Shown here: one piece after another, positions 57,427 to 64,000 of the stretch | Layout: each line of letters opens with the position of its first letter | Position numbering within the stretch: the stretch's first letter is position 1 | From: Eledone cirrhosa | Taxonomy: Eukaryota | Assembly (NCBI GenBank): GCA_964016885.1 | Contig: OZ024743.1 | Location: 304,668,001 to 304,732,000, forward strand | DNA: 64,000 nt | Direction: 5' to 3' | The notes under the pieces: model-generated | Told to the model about the DNA's origin: nothing | Database searches by the model: none | Seen by the model: only the letters and a program-made list of their open reading frames with translations | Position numbers and translations under genes: made by a program

Positions 57427-57713
57427 AACCGTACACCGGATCTCACTGAAACAAGTCTTAGCACCCCGGCGGGCAGGTGCTGCAAAATAACACCCAGGAA
57501 ACTATCCTTGCATACCAGACCCAGCCTCAGACAAACAGATGCGGCAGAAAAAAAAAATTGTCCGGGAAAGACTGCCCTGACACCGGCCAGAGTTACCTCC
57601 CTTGACCTGCTGCAAAATCAAAACAAGATATTTTTGCGAGCAATGAGCCTTGATGTGGATTTAACCCCTAAAACTCTTTCCGAGCAATATAAGGAACACT
57701 TGTGATTATTTAT

Positions 57714-57753
57714 GCCCTTGAGAAGCCCACCAGGGCGAAACGTACGTAGGTGC
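57714..57753 (+). ncRNA. Minimal hammerhead in the PLE 3' pseudo-LTR (U3-A8 core)
   Basis: GCCC-TTGAGAA-GCCCaccaGGGC-GAAA-CGTACG-TA-GG. Perfect stem II, palindromic stem III, short stem I. Confidence 0.7.
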
Positions 57754-58036
57754 TGTTTTTAAATAAACATGTTTTAACCGTCTATTCTCCGATTTTTTAC
57801 TTTCCCACGTATATATACATATATATACATATACATACACACATAAATATACACATACATACACACACATATATATACATATACATACATACATATACAA
57901 ACATACACACATATATATACACACATACACATGCATACATATATACATATATACACATACATAGACACATACACACACACATACACACACATATATATAC
58001 ATATATATATACATGTATATATATATATATATGTGC

Positions 58037-58125
<89 letters not shown>

Positions 58126-58143
58126 CACACATATATATATATA

Positions 58144-58752
58144 TGGTGGCTGCCAACTCGTTTTCGAGTACGGCCACTACTTTATATCCATGTAGGAGAA
58201 CCCCTACCGATGCGCTGAACGAGTGTGACTTTTCAGTCCGGCCAGCGACTTGAAAACCCCGGTACAAACACTACACATGTGACAATTATTGACACATAGT
58301 GCTGGGCCCATGGTGCCATGTGACGACAAGTGCAGAGAGATCTCCAGATATAAAGCAATGCCTGTGCCGTGAAGTTTTTATAGTGAGCAAAGGCACTGCA
58401 CAAAGCCAGTCCCACTCTCTTAACCAAGATGATATTTACCAAAAAGAAGAACAAGTCAACATCATTGGATATCATCAGGGTTGCAGGTGTGATATCAGAG
58501 TTTTCCTTCTCCTAGAATTCTGCCTTGACAAAGGCTAAGGGGTCATCTCTCCCGGTGATTTTGGATGGCCATTGACTTTTAAGAGCTCCTTTGCCCTTTG
58601 ACAGGTTTTGTTTTTAGTCCTGCAGGATGTCCAAAGTCACCCTCCTCACCAAGAAACCTTGGTGGGGTTGCCAGTTTAGTCGCCAACGACCCGACCATGG
58701 GACAGGTTGTACTGGGATACATGTTACCAGTAGCACCAACTGGTGACCTGAC
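58144..58752 (-). mobile_element. Bipartite RTE-derived element, copy 3
   Basis: Reverse complement of 1242-1849. Confidence 0.75.
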
Positions 58753-58829
58753 ATATATATATATACACACACCTATACGCACACACACAGGCACTCATAT
58801 ATATATATATATATATATATAAATCTATC

Positions 58830-59396
<567 letters not shown>

Positions 59397-59419
59397 TAAT
59401 AATAATATTATTTAATCTT

Positions 59420-60250
59420 ATATATAGACTATATATAATTATAAACAGGAAAGGTCAGTAATTCATTACTACCTAATTACCAGTAAGGAAAATAGGTCAA
59501 TGTAAATACATCAGATGTTTTACAGAGCCGGAATATACATTACAGAATAATCAAAACTATGTTCAAAACATGTTATTGCTGATAATCGTTTCTTCCAAAC
59601 TTTAGTTTGCATTCATCGGAGCACCAGCAAAGTTTAGACATATAATTAACCTCCTATTCCACAGAACAATCGTAAAGATATGTAGATGTTAGTGTTGTTA
59701 TTAACAGCAGTGTCATATTTAAAGAGTGAAGATGATGTGGTCAGTATCAGTGGATGCGACAAATATATTAAAATAATAATACAACAATTATAGAGCAAAT
59801 AAAGAAGAAAGTTACTCGCAAAACGAGGACATTAGCAGTACATATAGAAAGCGTATAGAAAGAGTGCAGATGTATTAGGCATGTACAGAATAACCAGGTA
59901 AGAAACAAGCAATGTTACTAAGCATATATATCACAGGATGGCAAAGGTATCACATAATGCAATACAGGTATAAAAGCATATTAAGCAGACAGAGATGCTT
60001 GGGTATGAAAAGCAGTTTTTATGAAGTTTATAGTGGATGTAATGTGATGTTTGTTCCTGTAATGTTCAAATGTCCATGTGTTGATAGTATTAATATTAAG
60101 GTTTTCCTTTCCATTACATTGGTTATACTTTAGTAAATGTTTATTAGTAGCTACAACTATGGATTGTATATTGGTCCTATTACAATCTTATCAAGGGTTC
60201 GAGTTGTTCTGGAGTGATCTGCCTAAAGGAACAATTATCACATTTAAATT
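59420..60250 (-). mobile_element. Repeat family C copy; HHR-like motif at 59577-59623
   Basis: Minus strand TGCT-CCGATGA-atgCAAACtaaaGTTTGgaa-GAAA-CGATTA-TC-AGCA. Confidence 0.6.
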
Positions 60251-60254
60251 GAAC

Positions 60255-60624
60255 GTTAATATGCATAAGGAAAGTATATACTTTCAGACGTTCAATCATC
60301 TGGCAAGAAGGTATACGGTACTGACGATAGCTAATAAACTTGAAACTAGTACATCGTTCCTTTGTCAGTGTTGAACAAAAGAGCAACGACGGTTGCTAAA
60401 CACTGTACGGCTTAATTCGGGATGTTTGTTTACAAACACACCGAGCATTATAATAAATGTTCGGTAAATCCATACGTACATATATATATATATGTGTGCA
60501 TGTATGTATATATATATACATACTACTGTACGTCTGTATACATATATGTATGTACATATACATACTTATATTTAAGTAACAGCCATACTAAGAGTGAGAA
60601 ATGAAATTTCGTTTCATTTTTTCC

Positions 60625-60628
<4 letters not shown>
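60255..60628 (+). repeat. Repeat family B copy; HHR at 60316-60356
   Basis: CGGTA-CTGACGA-tagctaataaactt-GAAA-CTAG-TA-CATCG. Confidence 0.8.
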
Positions 60629-60690
<62 letters not shown>

Positions 60691-60691
60691 A

Positions 60692-60729
<38 letters not shown>

Positions 60730-60822
60730 ACTCTCAAGCGTGAAACTAATATTAACATTTTGTACTGCCTCTTCGCTTCCACGTTGTTTTATTTATTTTT
60801 TTTGTTTACTGTCCCAACTATA

Positions 60823-60880
<58 letters not shown>

Positions 60881-62380
60881 TTTAGAAACTGTCTTCGATG
60901 CTGTTGTTAATGTTATTGATTTTTTTGTTGTTGCTACTGTTGCATAGGAATGGAGGAAGTGTGGAAGAAACTTCAGTCCAAAAAATGCTTGTAAGAAAAG
61001 GGAGTCCACTAAAATTACCCATTAGTCAACTGGTGGTGTTCAATCAGACGGTGGATTACATCGATATTAGGAGAATTCGTACTAGAGTTCAACGAGTCAT
61101 TTCTCTAGAAGCAGGAAAATAATCTAACATTTCATGTATTATCTTCTTCCAATAGAGCGAATATATAGAAGTCAATACGCATTGGTTGAAGATTGAAATA
61201 CTTTAAGGAGTGGTGGTAATGGTAGTTTATAACAGGGTTTATGTGCCTAATTTCTTATATTAATGTGTCTTTTGATTTTGTTTATTTTTATTGTTTTTCT
61301 TAAAGTATTAAATCAAACGCTGCATGGTACTCAATGTTGAATGATTATTATGATAAACGCAATATATTGCCTGCTGTAGCTCTGACGATATTTGCGATAT
61401 TAATTGAATTCTTTCTGACTCTGGATTTGAATTTTCATTAGCCCCTAAACTAAATCTATTCTATCTTATAAAATTAATATACATTAATCTTTACAATACG
61501 ATAATCAATATGGCATTTTTTTAAAGAACAAAAAAGATGCGTAAAATATATATTGGATGATAAATACAATGCTTTAGAAAGTGCTATCACTTTGGTAACG
61601 CATACATGCATGCATATTTATATAATGCATACATACATAAATATAAACATCCACACATCTATGCATGCACACACACACATACACACGCATACACACACAT
61701 ATATATATATGCATTCATATATGCATACTTTCATACATACATTCTTAGATACACAAATACACACTTACATTCATAAATACATACATAAAATACATACATA
61801 TTTATATTGATAACAACAATGCATACATACATGCATACATACATACATAAAAGGAAAGCGATAGAAATTCATGAAGTTTAATTGACAAAAAATGAAATAT
61901 AAATTTGAATGGGAGGTGTAAGTTTGAACTTAAGCAGTTACAGATATTTCGGATCATGTTTCTGGTATTCTCGAAATTCATGTATTGTGGAACCAGCATG
62001 TGACTAGTCATGTAGCACACTACCTCTACCGCTCTCATCCTGTAGTTATAACCCTTAAAGATCTAACACACACTTCGAAATCAATGGTGCTGCATACGTT
62101 ATGCCACACATTGGGTACGACGTCATCCAGTCTATCTTTAGACGGCATATCAATCTAGCTGTCGTCTGTTCTACAGTGTGGATGTAATTCACTTCGCACA
62201 GAAGTTTTGTTCAAATTTATTGAGGAAATTTTGTGAGTTCAAACTTAATTTTGATACAATTGTGTAGCTTGACCCTCCGTCTGAACTGTCAGGCGGTGGG
62301 TCAGCTCATCTTTACCCCTCCTAGAGGTGAAAACCTGTTTTAAAAACTTTTGTGTAAAAAATTTCAATCGTCTAACAGAA

Positions 62381-64000
62381 ATGTTAAACGCAGCGAACGA
62401 AAATAGTGGTGGGGGGACAGCGGTAAGAGTTGTAAGCTCGCACGCTTTAGTCCCCCCTTCCTTCCCAACTAACGTCATCGAGAAGGAAGGAAAAATAAAA
62501 ATAAAAACAGACGAATCTGCGGAGAAAAAAAATGACGAAAACACAAATCTGGACATGGATTCCAACAACGAAAAAAAAAAATTTCAAAAATTGCATGACA
62601 ATACTAATAACACAAACAAAGACACAACAAACACAAAAATAACATTTGAAAATAACACCATAACAGAAAGCAAAGCAGACGACAAGATTTCATTTGCACA
62701 GAAAACAAAGAAATCTTTGACTTATATAGCGGAAAATATTTCAGATGTGGCACGAAGGATCACAGACGCCAAACAATACATAAGTGAAGGAGAGAATGGT
62801 ATTTTATCGGTAAAAATGCCTCAAGAATTCACCAAAGACATTGAAAGCCGAACGGTCAAGTTTCGGACCATCAACAACATTACAAAAAAACCTGAACAGC
62901 CTTCTCAAGCAGATATCAAAACTACTCACAGAAGTACTTAATGAAACCACTTTCATAAGAAAAGACAGACTGTATGGAAGCCTAGCAATTATCATGAAGA
63001 ACGAATCGGCGGCAAAAAAATGTGCTTTGTCACCGATTCGTTCGAAAATTTTTACCTTTTATCCATCTTATATGGGGAAAAGAACTCAACGCATATGGCT
63101 GGATGCAATGATGCCAGATGTGGACTACTGCTGGCTCATAGCTGACTTCATCGATCCAGTGAATGACAACGTGATTTCCATTGGGAAAACCACAGGCAAT
63201 GCGTTCAGTGGAACAGGTGTAGAGCTGGTAGTGCAAATGAAGCCTGAACGCATCGCCCAAACACCCGACAGAATCCTATTAGAGGACCACGGGTATATAA
63301 ACATTAGCGTGGAGAGGAGAAGGCCGTCCTGCCATATCTGTGCAGGAAGAGGGCACCTGAAGGCCGCTTGTCCCCAACTCAACAAAAAGAAAATCCTGCT
63401 ACCAACACCAGCTCCACCACCACCACCACAACAGAAAAACAAACAACAAAACTCAGTCCCACCCAAACCGTCCCTCAGTTAAACCACACCACCACCACAA
63501 CACAAACAGTCACAACACATTACCCCAAAACAAAATACAGGCCCACCCAACCTCTCACTCAATAAAACAACACAACCACCGCAGACACAACACACAACAC
63601 AGTCTAACATAGTGACATCCATCTCCCCCACAAAGAAAACCAACACGGAAACATTACCAGCAAACATACCCCTTCCCTCCAACACTGAAGATAACCCAAC
63701 GAATTCGGAGGAAGAAACGGAGTCCTTCAGACAGATTAAAAGGAAAAAAAGAAAACATGTGCAAAACACACAAGGCCAAACAACCCCCACCCAAATCTCA
63801 ACACAATCCAACAAAACAGAAAACACCCCTCCAGCAACAAACAAAACCAAACCTGCCCCTCCCCTCTTCGAAACACTCACACCATCCGAAAAAAAGACAT
63901 TACACTATACTTACATCAACAGAAACAATAATAAATTAAATGAACTCATATACAATAATCCTTCGGTACAAACCGAAGGTGTAAACTTTGTTTCCTCAGA
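62381..64000 (+). pseudogene. L1/Tx1-like LINE ORF1 (gag-like), frameshifted, runs off the window end
   Basis: Overlapping ORFs 62327-62941 and 62841-63482. ISFAQ motif, CCHC knuckle CHICAGRGHLKAAC, then a Pro/Thr-rich tail with FRQIKRKKRK. Confidence 0.7.

Overview
AT-rich eukaryotic (metazoan) non-coding DNA. It is probably from an octopod cephalopod, inferred from the extreme (TA)n/(CA)n load and the Nin-domain tRNA SINEs. No intact host gene is visible, and almost all listed ORFs are microsatellite translations. The window holds decayed retroelements (Penelope-like RT/GIY-YIG, CRE, R4/Dong, RTE, L1/Tx1), a mariner-type relic, SINEs and MITEs. The main observation is about 30 type I hammerhead ribozyme (HHR) motifs, intact or decayed, in roughly ten unrelated non-coding repeat families that insert into (TA)n as tandem and inverted copies (retrozyme / Penelope pseudo-LTR-like). 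The clearest case is a near-identical 591-bp array (6.8 forward plus about 2 inverted units) with one HHR per unit. Five families share an unusual HHR design: an expanded loop II, a palindromic stem III, and a pseudoknot between the 5' flank and loop II whose sequence covaries between families. Three of the five have the U3-A8 (UUGAUAA) core. Four also share a downstream CTCTGAT...TCATYGAGC motif. All folds were assigned by eye and activity is untested.
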